From the NCBI GenBank assembly GCA_951406725.2, contig OX597820.1, positions 25,358,001 through 25,422,000 of the forward strand: a stretch of 64,000 nt of DNA, given 5' to 3'. Positions 1-11,944 of the stretch are shown in pieces. Position numbers and translations under genes: made by a program. The notes beneath the pieces were generated by a model, which was not told where the DNA came from, did no database searches, and was given only the letters and a program-made list of their open reading frames with translations. This stretch comes from Octopus vulgaris (lineage: Eukaryota). Position 1 is the stretch's first letter, and each line of letters opens with the position of its first letter.

Positions 1-117
1 AACAGCCATTCTTAGGATATATTCTTGGTCGTGCATATGTTCAAACTTTCACTGAATTGTAGCTTGAGATTCATGTGGCAAAACATGGGATCAAATCTAA
101 TACTACATATTGATTTA

Positions 118-294
118 ATTCTGTTGTGTCTGGGGGAGTCATTCTCTGTTGGTGCCTTATAATTTAACACACTCACCGATAAAATTTCCACTTATTTTTT
201 TTTTATTTTTCTAAAATTTTTGGAAATTTTACCGATGAGTGTGTTAAATTATAAGGCACCAAAAGAGAATGACTCTCCCCAGACACAACAGAAT
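118..294. repeat. ~73-bp inverted repeat (foldback), probably Penelope-like pLTR remnants in inverted orientation
   Basis: 118-190 (attctgttgtgtctgggggagtc...ataaaatttcca) is the near-perfect reverse complement of 221-294 (tggaaattttaccg...agacacaacagaat), with a 30-bp T-rich spacer. PLE origin is inferred. Confidence 0.75.
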
Positions 295-1158
295 ATGCTT
301 CAACACACGAACTCACATAACAAATCTTGCAAACCAAATCCCAAAACGAAATATTGATTTAAGAAATTCCAGAAAGTGATGGGGTAATTTTTCTCAACAT
401 AACGCACATTAAGCGTAGGCTTAAACACATAGTTCTGGGTTCAGTCCCAGTGCATGTCTTCTACTATAGCCTTGGGCCAACAAAAGACTCATAAGTGGAT
501 TTGGCAGATGGAAACTGTATGTATATATATATATATATGTGTGTGTATGTGTGCATCATGTATCCCATAAAGAAGCACACTAATGGTGAAGGACATATAC
601 CTCTTCAAACTGGAGGTAGAAATCCATTATCATCCAATTAGTAAACAAAGACTACAGATCCAATTAGTAAACAATGAATAAACCTTGTGGGTTGGCGAGG
701 GCGAGTTATTTCCCTTAGACCAGTTTAGTTGGCAATCGATATTGGCTAAGTGGCTAATGGGGAACTTCTGTCCATAAGTTGCTTCCAGCCCATAAGGACT
801 TTTTCCTGTTCTAAATAGATGAATGGGGTATTTTATGCTTGCAGTAGGTAGTGTTTGAGATGAGGGCAGAGGCTATAAATCTTGTGTCAGGAATTTAATA
901 GTAATTTTGGATATTGGGAGTCTTTGAGGATATTTGCTCGCTCTGCTATGCAAAGCTTAGAGTGTCTGCTCCTGTTGATTTTAGGAGCCTAGCCACTCTA
1001 TGATCCTCCACTTAATATCATATGGAGTTCCTTCATCTTTAAGGTGCCACACGTGGTTTGCCAAGGATGTGACAGATCATTTTCCATAATCCTGAAAGAG
1101 GACCTGTGGTTGTACTGGCAGTTCCAGTTGACCCAATATATCTCCTGATTTGAGCACT

Positions 1159-1392
1159 TATTTCTTTATTGCCCACAAGGGGCTAAACGTAGAGGGGACA
1201 AACAAGGACAGACAAAGGGATTAAGTCGATTACATCGACCCCAGTGCGTAACTGGTACTTAATTTATCGACCCCAAAAGGATGAAAGGCAAAGTCAACCT
1301 CGGCGGAATTTGAACTCAGAACGTAACGGCAGACGAAATACGGCTACGCATTTCGCCCGGAGTGTTAATGATTCTGCCAGCTCGACGCCTTT
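1159..1392 (-). mobile_element. tRNA-derived SINE, family B (GCCTTTCATCC...GGGGTCGATAAA central domain)
   Basis: Matches many copies in the window. Flanked by a 10-bp TSD, tttgagcact, at 1149-1158 and 1393-1402. Confidence 0.9.
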
Positions 1393-1726
1393 TTTGAGCA
1401 CTGCTTGTGTTCACACCTCTAGTGCCTCTTCCATTGGCACTGGGCCTGGATTTGCTGTTGTTGTTTTTGGAGCCGTTATCGGTGCTGTTATTATGGAGCA
1501 TGGGTCTGGTGATATTGCTGTGACTGTTGTTGCGGTAATCATCCCTTACCGTAATGCTGGTGTTACTGCTGCTGTTGTCGATGGTGCTGTGGCTGCTGTT
1601 CTTGGTGATACTGGGTGTGGGACTGGTGATGCTGGTGTTGCTATGGTCATCTTATCCAGCTGTAGCGCTGGTGTTGGAATCATTGGCATCAGCTGCCATT
1701 GTCACTTCTTGCTGTCAATGTTATAA

Positions 1727-2050
1727 TATAATAATGAAATTATTGTATACAGTGCTCAGGTGCACCACAACTTGTCAGAAAGTGCGTATAAAGTCTGGAA
1801 AGTGAACTATGTATGAGTCAGATACATGCTTGCGTGTGTATGGAAGGGAGAAAATCAGGTGTAGTATTGGCGAATATCAGAAAGCATGGAAGTTTTGAAG
1901 GATGAAGTGCTCCGACAACTAACAACTGATGCCGGCAGTTTGTTCCATGCTTCAGCAACTCTCAGCGTGAAAAAATGTTTCCTAAAGTCATGTGCTGTTT
2001 TCTGACTTTGTAAATATGTCCACTGGTGTTAGACGGGTGGAGTTTGATGA
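1727..2050 (-). mobile_element. CR1-like LINE 3' fragment
   Basis: Minus strand reads GHIYKVRKQH..DFRKHFFTLRVAEAWNKLPASVVSCRSTSSFK, followed by a 3' UTR and an (ATT)n tail. The same 3' end recurs at 55430-55477. Confidence 0.85.
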
Positions 2051-3012
2051 GTCATTGCTACTATTACTATAGTTGCTAGGTCTGGGTACCACCATGGCCT
2101 CATACACAACCCCCTCACCATTGTACTCCCTGCATGAGCAGCCGGCTTCTCGACACATTTTATTGGTGCTCGACACATTTTATTGGTCTTTTCATATTGG
2201 GTGTGCAACAAAAGGAGACTCTTAGATTGTGTCTATTGAACAAAGGTCTTGACCTATATTTGTATATATATATATCTATGTATGCATATATATGTTTGTG
2301 TGTGTGTGTGTGTATCTATGTTTGTGTTTGTGTTTGTGTCTGTATTTGTCCCCACCAACACTTAACAATTGGTGCTAATGTATTGACATTTCCATAACTT
2401 AGTAGTTCAACAAAAGAGACCGATAGAATAAGTATTAGGCTTTTTAAAAAAAAGTCCTGGAGTCGATTTGTTTGACTAAAACCCTTCAAAGTGGTGCCCC
2501 AGCATGGTCACAGTCAAATGACTGAAACAAGTAAAAGACAAAGATGTTTCCAACATGATTCTTTTATTCTTTCGTACGTTTCACTCCTTAAGCTGCAGCC
2601 ATGCTGGAGCACAAAAAAAAACGAAGTTGAGATGCATGAAATTTACCTCTCCCCACCCAATTTTTTTTCCCACATTAAATTTCCATATAATTGTAATCTA
2701 TGCCATTTAAATGTATTTGTAGGAAATTTCACCAACAAATGTCCATTTTTCAAAAAGTTATGAGGAAACAAAGTCCAGGTCACCCATTTGTGTAATCGAC
2801 TGAACACCTCCCTCAAAATTGTTGGCCACTTGCCTTAAGTAGAAACCAATAGTATTGTACATTTTTAAGGAGGCGAGGCGGCAGAGACATTTAGCCCGTC
2901 AAGCAAAATGCTTGGTGGCATTTCGTCTGTTTTTACATTCTGAGTCGATTTTGATTTCATCCTTTTGGGGTTCATAAAATAAGTACCAGTTTGAACACTA
3001 GGACCAATTCAA

Positions 3013-3720
3013 GGATCTTTACCTTTTGACCTACAGATTTAAAAAATAATTTTTTGTAACTAAACACTTTCGAACTTCGGACACTGGTAGAATATGTCAT
3101 ATAAAGCATGTTTTACTCTTAGCATTTTTGAGAAAAACTTATATTTATGAAGTTATTTCACGTTAAAGTTCTCGTATTTCAGTAATTTCACCCAATCAAT
3201 GACATGTATTCAGCTGAATAAAATTACTGCCATTGTTTGTCAACAACTATCAGTGGTGTATTTTTCATTTGTCACTGTTATTTATGACATCGTTTGTGTG
3301 TTTGTACTGGTTTTAAGGTTTTAGGGTTAGGGTTAGGGTTTTAGGGTTAGGGTTAAGGTTTTAGGGTTAAGTTTTTAGGGTTAGGGTTAGGATTTTAGAG
3401 TTAAGGTTAGGGTTTTAAAGTTAGGGTTAGGGTTAGGATTATCATAAAAAACAGTGACAAACGAAATATACATCGCCGGAAGTTCTTGTTGACAAACAAC
3501 AGCAGTAATTTTATTCAGCTGAATACATGTCATTGATTCATTGAAATTACCAAAATAGGACAATTTTAATGTGAAATTACTTCATAAATATAAGTTTTTC
3601 TCAAAAATGCTAAGAGTAGAACATGTTTTGTATGACACATTCTACCAGTGTCCGAAGTTTGAAAGTGTTTAGTTACAAAAAATATATTTTTTAAATTTGT
3701 AGGTCAAAAGGTAAAGATCC
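3013..3720. mobile_element. Foldback MITE with ~280-bp TIRs, GG termini, 8-bp TSD and an internal degenerate (TTAGGG)n array; Merlin-like
   Basis: Begins GGATCTTTACCTTTTGACCTACA and ends TGTAGGTCAAAAGGTAAAGATCC. Arms span ~3013-3290 and ~3440-3720. TSD is caattcaa (3005-3012) / caatttaa (3721-3728). Splits a SINE-B copy (2868-3785). Confidence 0.88.
3311..3438 (+). repeat. Interstitial telomere-like (TTAGGG/TTTTAGGG)n array
   Basis: ttagggttagggttagggttttagggttaggg..., roughly 18-20 degenerate units. Confidence 0.9.
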
Positions 3721-3789
3721 CAATTTAATCGACTTACTCCTCCTATGAAATTACTGGCCTTGAGCCAAAATTTGAAATTAATATTACTA

Positions 3790-4050
3790 TGTGCATTTGG
3801 TATTTACTTGCCAGCTCTTGTATTTAGTCACGGCCAGCTTTATGTGGCCTTAGGTCATACAAGAAGGAAGGAAAACTTTAAAATTCTTTTGAAGGAAACA
3901 AGCAGTCAAAGGATGTTAGTTGCAGATAGATTTTTCACAAAAGAATTTAGTAATAAAAGAATTATTAAACCAAAATCTTGGTTTTGTACCTTATTTATAT
4001 ATGAAATACTACAATTAGCCATCATTTTTGAAGGCATGAGGCACAGCTAG
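3790..4050 (+). mobile_element. Helitron 3' fragment (PIF1-type helicase C-terminus, 3' CTAG end)
   Basis: Encodes GIYLPALVFSHGQLYVALG, matching the RepHel helicase motif VFSHGQLYVALSR. Ends in CTAG|T at 4047-4050. Second copy at 52555-53233. Confidence 0.88.
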
Positions 4051-4062
4051 TATATATATATA

Positions 4063-4100
4063 TCTTTCTGTTGAAGAGCGTAGGCTCGAAACGTAAAAGA
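4063..4100 (+). ncRNA. Minimal type I hammerhead ribozyme-like motif in a Penelope pLTR remnant (4060-4200)
   Basis: TCTTT-CTGTTGA-A-GAGC(GTAG)GCTC-GAAA-CG-TA-AAAGA: helix I TCTTT/AAAGA, helix II GAGC/GCTC, palindromic ACGT helix III and a GUA cleavage triplet. The core has A6U. Confidence 0.7.
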
Positions 4101-4197
4101 CTTGTTTTATTTATATTCCTGAGCGCCACACTAATACAATTGTTTGTTTGTATTCCACCTGCCTTCGTCTTTTGTTTATTTTCATAAAGCTTCCCGT

Positions 4198-4232
<35 letters not shown>

Positions 4233-4267
4233 ACATACACATATATATATACATACATATATATATA

Positions 4268-5660
4268 AACTTAGGTATGTTTTGACCAAAGATTGGTCCA
4301 GGTCATGTCTAACTTAATAGCACCACCTGATAGGATTATCTAAATTCTGTTTAAGTCAAGTTTTGTTTATAGTCCATTCAAGTAGTGAGTTCTTGTTGAG
4401 TGAGTTGTATCCAGGTATGGGTGGCCTATCCGGTATTCCTTGAAGAAATCTGTCCAAACACCATTTAAAGTTGATGGGATCCTTTTCCTCTTTGATCTCT
4501 TTTGGAACAATGTTAAACAGAGCAGGGCCTGTTGAGGAAAAGAAATTATGTTGCAGTGTACCTATGTGCTGTGATCCTGAATTGGGCAGGGGACGTATGG
4601 CCCATGGTCCCAGCCTTGGATGAACCTTGAAACTAATGTTCAGGTTGTTTGGGCAAAGTTGGTTGTATATTCTTCACATCGTACAAATGATATACTGCTG
4701 GCGGGAGCACTGGAGAGTTTCAAGGTTTTAAGGCGGTCCCAAAAATCAAGAGCAGTCATGCCTTTAATTCATTAAGTGAGTGCCATCTGGGGTGATTCAA
4801 TCCTCTTGTATGGGGAGACCACAGTGGGCAGCAGTATTCGAGGTGTGGCCGTACAAAGGAGGAAAAAAGTGGTATGACGACACCTTGTTTTCTGGACCGG
4901 AAAGTTCTTAAGATCCAGGAGCTCATCCTACGAGCTATATCGACCTTATTGCTGATGTGGGCACTCCAACTGAGATTGTCATCAACAATTACACCCAGGT
5001 CTCTGATATTGTTAGAGGCTGTGAGCAGTTCCCCTGAAGGAAGAGAGTATGGCTGTTTTAGTGTGGACTTTCTTCCAAAATGCATAAGCTCAAATTTTCC
5101 CTCATTCAGTTGCATTTTGTTTTTGTCTGCCCATTGACTCACAGCATATAGATCAGACTGGAGTTGAGTTCGGTCTTTTTCTTCATTGATGATTTGCTGG
5201 AGCTTAGTGTCATCAGCAAATATTTTCACTTTGCAGTGATGTACGACACTGGAAAGGTCATTTATGGAAATACTTTATCCAGTGTAGAAGTTTTTCACGG
5301 ATTCCAACATTTGCCAATTTTGAGAGTAGGATATTATGGTCAACCCTGTTGAACGCTTTACTGAAGTCAAGATATATGACATCAGAGTTCGAACCAGTTC
5401 CCAAGGCTTTAAGTATATCTTCAATGTGGTGTAAGAGCTGTGTTAGACAGTTCTTGCCATAGAAAAAGCCATGCTGATTTGCATTTAGGAATTTGTGGGT
5501 CTCCAGGAAGTCAGCTATCCTTGATCTTAACACTCTTTCAAACACTTTAATGATGTAGGAGGTGAGTGAGATTGGGCGATAGTTGACTGCGAGGGATCTG
5601 TTTCCCTGTTTGAAAACTGGGATGACAGACACACATATTGAAAACTGGGATGACAGACTG
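4268..5660 (-). mobile_element. CR1-group LINE, 5'-truncated RT pseudogene with internal deletion
   Basis: NYRPISLTS..KVFER, NQHGF, DVIYLDFSKAFNRVDH, KIFADDTKL, DLGVIVDDNLSW, RPHLEYCCPLWSPH. The QG-motif region is deleted near 5258. Confidence 0.93.
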
Positions 5661-5679
5661 GGATAGAAGCTGTTTTGGT

Positions 5680-5951
5680 GGCCAGTGCCGCCTGACTGGC
5701 GTCCGTGTCGGTGACACGTAAAAGCACCAACTGATCGTGGCCGTTTGCCAGCCTCCTCTGGCCCCTGTGCCAGTGGCACGTAAAAAACACCCAGTACACT
5801 CACAGAGTGGTTGGCGTTAGGAAGGGCATCCAGCTGTAGAAACACTGCTAGATCAGACCGGAGTCTGGTGCAGCCTCTGGCCTCCCAGACCCTGGTCGAA
5901 CCGTCCAACCCATGCTAGCATGGAAAACGGACGTTAAACGATGATGATGAC
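5680..5951 (+). mobile_element. SINE/non-autonomous retroposon, family C (GGTTGGCGTTAGGAAGGGCATCCAGC...(GAT)n tail, RTE-like 3' end)
   Basis: Near-identical copies at 27443-27621, 40056-40246, 42118-42272 and 49641-49903 (+), and 22455-22890, 38125-38295 and 59150-59400 (-). Confidence 0.85.
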
Positions 5952-5978
5952 GATATATATATATATATATATATATGT

Positions 5979-6444
5979 AGGCGCAGGCATTGCTACATGG
6001 TAGGAAGCTTGCTTCCCAACCAAATGGTTCTGGGTTCAGTCCCACTGCATGGCACGTTGGGCAAGTGTCTTGTACAATAGTCTCTGGCCGACCAAAGCTT
6101 TGTGAGTGGATTTTGGAGACAGAAACTGAAAGAAGCTAGTCGTATATCTATATGTGTGTGTGTATGTGTGTATATATATATGTTCTTTTACTTGTTTCAG
6201 TCATTTGACTGCGGGCATGCTGGAGCACCACCTTTAGTTGAACAAATCAACCCCAGGAATTATTCTTGACAACTGTTGTTGGTGTGTCTACGGCCCCGTA
6301 ACTTAGCAGTTCAGGAAAAAAGGCTGATAGAATAAGTGCTAGTCTTAAGAAGAATAAGTCCTAGTGTCGATTTTTTTTCGACTAAAAGCGGTGCTCCAGC
6401 TTAACCGCAGTCAAATGACTGAAACAAGTAAAAGAATAAAAGAA

Positions 6445-6445
<1 letters not shown>
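5979..6445 (+). mobile_element. tRNA-derived SINE, family A (internal TA/TG microsatellite), with an inverted 3'-tail piece at 6183-6265
   Basis: A-box/B-box-like head (TGG...TGGTAGG, GGTTCAGTCCC), body CACCTTGGGCAAGTGTCTT, tail CAGTCAAATGACTGAAACAAGTAAAAGA. Confidence 0.85.
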
Positions 6446-6477
<32 letters not shown>

Positions 6478-6751
6478 TTCCCTCCCCAATTTGAGGACTT
6501 TTGCTTGATTAAGAAATCGATATTATTGATTAAACTTCATTCTGGAATGTGAGGTCTTGTGCCTATCATTATTTCAAGTAAAATTTTATCTGTTTCCATC
6601 ACAAATTTAAAAGGAAAAAAAATCGTCCTTATCATTATTACCATCATTACCCTTGCGTTAGCATCCGTGAAATAGTTTTGGAGTCTGTGAAGCTTGAATT
6701 GAGAAGCAAAAGCAAATCAATTATCATCATCATCATTTATTATCATCATCA

Positions 6752-6833
<82 letters not shown>

Positions 6834-8229
6834 TACTATTATTATTTTTATACTGTCATTATTCATATACTGTTGTTCAGTCTCATATAGGCCCTGAGTG
6901 AGCAGGTATATTGGTGGAAGGCATTCCAGCCGTGATCATCTTGTATTTTCCTTCGCGTACAAAGCGTACCCCAGACCTAATTTCCCGTTGTGCTCTGTTT
7001 TAAAATGGTACGGTCTGATTCGAGGGAGACTAGGTGTCGATTTCTAGCACATGTCGAGCGACCGCGTACATGCACCTCGATGACTTGTCATTGCAAGTAA
7101 TTTTGTGCAGAGGAGTTTGAATTGACACATTACATGCCGCGGCCTTTCTTTTGACCGTGTTAATTTCTCTCCTCCTACACCAAACCCCTTGTCACTAACG
7201 TATATCTCTTCTACGACTTAGGCCCACCCTCTTTTTACTTCATACGCAGATTATCTTGACACCTACACACATAATATATCTGCTCATCATGCGAAAGCGG
7301 GTGGCCTTAACATGAGCGCTCGACCTGCTAGTAATAGCAGCAAATCAAATCTCCTTCGGACCACACCCTATTTCCTTATGAAAGGACTCTTCGGATAATG
7401 TTGTCCAAGATGTCACTATATCAGAAAATAGACGGAATTGTCATGACTAGAAATGCCTTTGGTTAAAGATCTGTTCTATCAGGAACTGATCCGTGTGGGC
7501 GACGGAGGGCAATGCTAGAAATAACAGCTATCTATTCATTACTAGCCTTTAAACTATTGCTTTCTTTTCGTTCCCAAACAACATCATTTACATTTTTGTT
7601 GTTCCATTTGAAAAACTTCATTCTTTTTATCGCTTTAATCTTTTATTCTTCCGCACAATTGTTTTTCTTTTCTTCCTTCCTTGCTTCTATTTACCTCTTT
7701 ATTAACTCTTTTCTTCTTTCTCGCTTACCCTCCACCCCTTTTTCTCTCCACTCTCTCTCTTTCCCTTTCTCTCTCTCTCTCTCTCTCCTTCCTTAGTAAC
7801 CTTTCCCATATCTCTTTTCCCTGTAGACTATATTTCTCACTCATTCATCGCACATTCACGTTCTCACATTCACTTTTTCATTTCATTTAAACTGTTTTTC
7901 CTCATTCACACTTTCTCAGAATATCATTGTCTTTCAGTTACCCAACCTCCATCCGTTGCTTTTCGTTTTCATTTTACCCTCATACCCTTAAAACCCAGCC
8001 CTCCGCTGTCTTTTCTTTACACTCACATGCACTCATCTTTTCTCTCCCTTCATTCGTTTCCACATTTCGTTCTTCGTTCCTTCAATTAATGACTGTCTTT
8101 CTTTCTCCTAGACACTCGCTTTTCGCTTATTCGTTCTCTCTCTTTCTTTCCTTTCCTTCAGTCATACGTACACACTCTTATTTATTGAATCCACCCTATA
8201 ATTATTCTATCTATTTATCTCTATCTCAC

Positions 8230-8633
8230 TGAGCACATTTGTTCTGACTTGACTTCAGTGAAACTCTTCAACAGGCAGCGAGAGAGTGAGAGACAAGAAC
8301 AATGAGAGACGGAGTGAAAGAGAGAGTATAAGTAAGAGAGAGAGAGAGAGATGGTAGAGAGATATAAAGAGAGAAAGTAGAGCGCTATAGAGAAAGCAAT
8401 AAGGAGGGGTATAGAGAGTTGTAAAGAGAAAGACAGAGAGTTATATAAATACAACCATATATATATATATATATATAGATAGATAGAGAGATGAGGGAGG
8501 GATAGAAAGATAGAAAGAGAGAGTGAGAGAAGAGCAGTGGGAGAGAGATAACGACAGATACAGAGGTAATGAGAGAGGGAAAGGAGTGAGTATTAAGCAG
8601 GCGGCCCATGTCGGTGCCACTACCTAACACAAC
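8230..8633 (+). promoter_or_regulatory. Putative TSS region and GA-rich 5' UTR of the + strand gene
   Basis: A ~670-bp pyrimidine-rich tract (7560-8230) switches to a purine-rich tract (8270-8590). Inr-like TCAGT at 8255-8259. CpGs are retained in 6900-9400, unlike the downstream repeats. Confidence 0.45.
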
Positions 8634-9259
8634 ATGTCGGCTGCAGCCGCTTCTCATACACATCATGCTCAACACAACCAGCAACAACAACACCATCATA
8701 ATCATAACAAACATCATCGCCACCAGCAGCACCCAGAACAAGAGCACGTCCAGTACCACTCCCGCCAGTACAACCCCAAATATCATCAAAGCTCTCCAAA
8801 CCTAACAACGTACAACCTTAGCCAAAAAGAAGCGCAAGACCGTCACCACCACCGCCGCCACCACCATCACGACGACCACGACTACCACGACTACCACGAC
8901 GACCAGGGCGACCACAATTACGGCGACGACGAACGGTGTGGAGACGGCGGTGGCGGCGATAGTCAAGGTTCCTCTTTAGCAGTCAACTCCATCATTACAT
9001 CGCTACCGGAATCGTCTTCTTTACGAGACGGTGCTTCCAGTTCTTCAAACAGACTGCCCGTCGATCAGCATCAGCATCATCGTCACCTTCAGCAACAACA
9101 ACAGCAGCACCAAAATCATCAACAGGACCGTCGTTACTACGGACAAAATACGGCAGAGGCTACCTCACCTCGACAGCACCACCGTTCCGGCAGTGGGGAC
9201 AACTTCGAACTCCTGGACCACTACGGAGCACAGCATATTTTCGATGCTATCAAAAATGG
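8634..9259 (+). CDS. First coding exon of a host gene: His/Gln/Asp-rich low-complexity N-terminus ending at a probable ankyrin-repeat start (QHIFDAIKNG)
   Basis: ATG in ACAACATG context; 208 open codons that are GC- and CpG-rich relative to the flanks; not derived from a simple repeat. Splice donor AATGG|GTTCGT at 9260 (phase 2), followed by TA-rich intron. IFDAIKNG resembles an ankyrin helix 1 (inference). Confidence 0.75.
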
Positions 9260-9346
9260 GTTCGTATACATAACTATATATATACATATAGACACTTCCT
9301 AAACACATATATCCACACTCACATATACATTTACACATCATATATA

Positions 9347-9389
<43 letters not shown>

Positions 9390-9800
9390 GGGGCGGGCGA
9401 TCTTCTGTGTGTTCAGTCGATCTACTAGAAATACCAGCCAAATCTCCCCTCCTCAAAAATGGGGAAGTACAATATCAGTTAATACACTCCCAACTGCTAA
9501 AAAGGACGAGATAGTCACGGTTTGAATACTTGTAAATATAATATTTTTCTCGATCAGGGTTGACCTGGAAGATACCTAAACCCGCATACATCTATTGTAT
9601 AAATATTAACATATAAATGTCAGAATACCTACAACTCGTATTAAATGTATCTGTTGTGTGTGTGTGTGTATATACACACACACCAACACACATATAACTA
9701 TCATTAGATATAAATATATAATGCTAATATCTCAATTTACAGGTTTATTATATGGTTGGACACACACATAAATATGATCATGTGGTCAATGCCCTGTGTA

Positions 9801-9858
<58 letters not shown>

Positions 9859-10604
9859 CACGCGCGCGCGCACATGTGTATGTATTTATGAGTGCGTGTA
9901 TGTAAAGGCGGTATATACGTAAATGTATATATGTCCTTCCATAAACTAAATAACGCGTGTATTTTGTAATAATAATGTATTTCTCATTCTTCTATCATGC
10001 CGAGAAAATCTTTATTTTGATACTCGATTTTGTCCCTTAGGATGAATATATATGTATTATAAACTCGTCTATATGGTTATTCACTGTGGTGTATGATAGT
10101 ATGTATACTTAGTGTGTGTGTGTGCATAAATACATACATACATACATATATATGTATATATATATATATATATAGAAAAAGAGGGAGAGAGAGAGAGATT
10201 TGTGGGTATGACTATTATGTACACATTGGTTTATAAAATCGCTCATTTTATGGCAAATATTCGCACGTGTGTATGTGTGTGTGTATAGATGTTGCTTCAT
10301 GTATATTTGTATTCATAGTATGTATTAGTATATAAACTCAGTGTACACGCGTATATACACATTTATGAATAAATGTATACACATACACACATATATTACA
10401 CCATGAATCATATGTTGTATAAAGTCATTATAGATGATATTTATGCATAGAAATGTGTACACGAAACTGAGAATATATGCGGTATAATATACACTAGTGT
10501 GTGTCCATGTAACGGTAAATGAAAGGGAGTGTATACACCTACACATACGTGTAGTTACATATTAAACACCCACCCATCCATCCACACATACACACATATA
10601 TGCT

Positions 10605-11172
<568 letters not shown>

Positions 11173-11736
11173 ACGTATATATCATCACCATTTCAATATT
11201 CATTTCTTGTATGACTCAGACAAAATTCTTTGAGGCTGATTGTCTACAGCCAGGTGCTCTTCCTGTCACCTGCCCTCAGCTATTTCCAAGCACAATGTTT
11301 CTACGGGAGATTGCAAACAAACTTTACTATTTTTGTATAATGACATTAGTGTACAATTAGCCCAAAGTGTCAAGACAAAGATATACTAACACGTACACAC
11401 ACAGGATTTATTCTTTGTAAGCCTAGTACTTATTCTATCAGTGTCTTTTGCCGAACCACTAAGTTATGGGAATGTAAACACACCAACATCGGTTGTCAAG
11501 CAATGGTGGGGATACAAAAACAGACACCACAAACACACACACAAATATACACATATATACGAGTCTTCTTTCTACACTTGTATGTGTACACATATATACA
11601 TATATATACACACAAATATATATCATCATCATCATCATCATCATCATCATTTAACGTCCGCTTTCCATGCTAGCATGGGTTGGACGGTTCAACTGGGGTC
11701 TAGGGAGCCCGAAGGCTGCACCAGGCTAGTCAGATC

Positions 11737-11767
<31 letters not shown>

Positions 11768-11944
11768 TCATATATAGATGCATATATACATACATACATA
11801 CATATATATATATAGATGCATATATACATATATATATATATACAAAGATATAAATACACACACACACACATATATATACATACCTATACAAACATGTACA
11901 TAAATACGTATTGAAACCATATAATAATGAAAAGAGATAACAGA

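Larger units (their letters stand above)
833..2250 (-). mobile_element. Degenerate Penelope-like retroelement: RT C-terminus/linker plus GIY-YIG endonuclease, interrupted by a SINE and a CR1 fragment
   Basis: Minus-strand translation gives LFNRHNLRVSFCCTPNMK (2170-2250), a Cys-rich linker then VVYEAMV (~2090-2110), IRRYIGST (~1126-1150), YNHRSSFR, TSLANHVWHLKDEGTPYDIKWRII and KLCIAERANIL...LLLNS.HKIYSLCPH. These are PLE GIY-YIG hallmarks, with stops and frameshifts. Confidence 0.85.

Noticed and set aside
1244-1805. 160-aa and 83-aa + strand ORFs
   Set aside because: They start inside a SINE and are the antisense shadow of the PLE low-complexity insert.
3311-3438. Chromosome end or fusion-site telomere
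   Set aside because: The array is short and degenerate and is enclosed by TIRs and a TSD, so it is transposon cargo.
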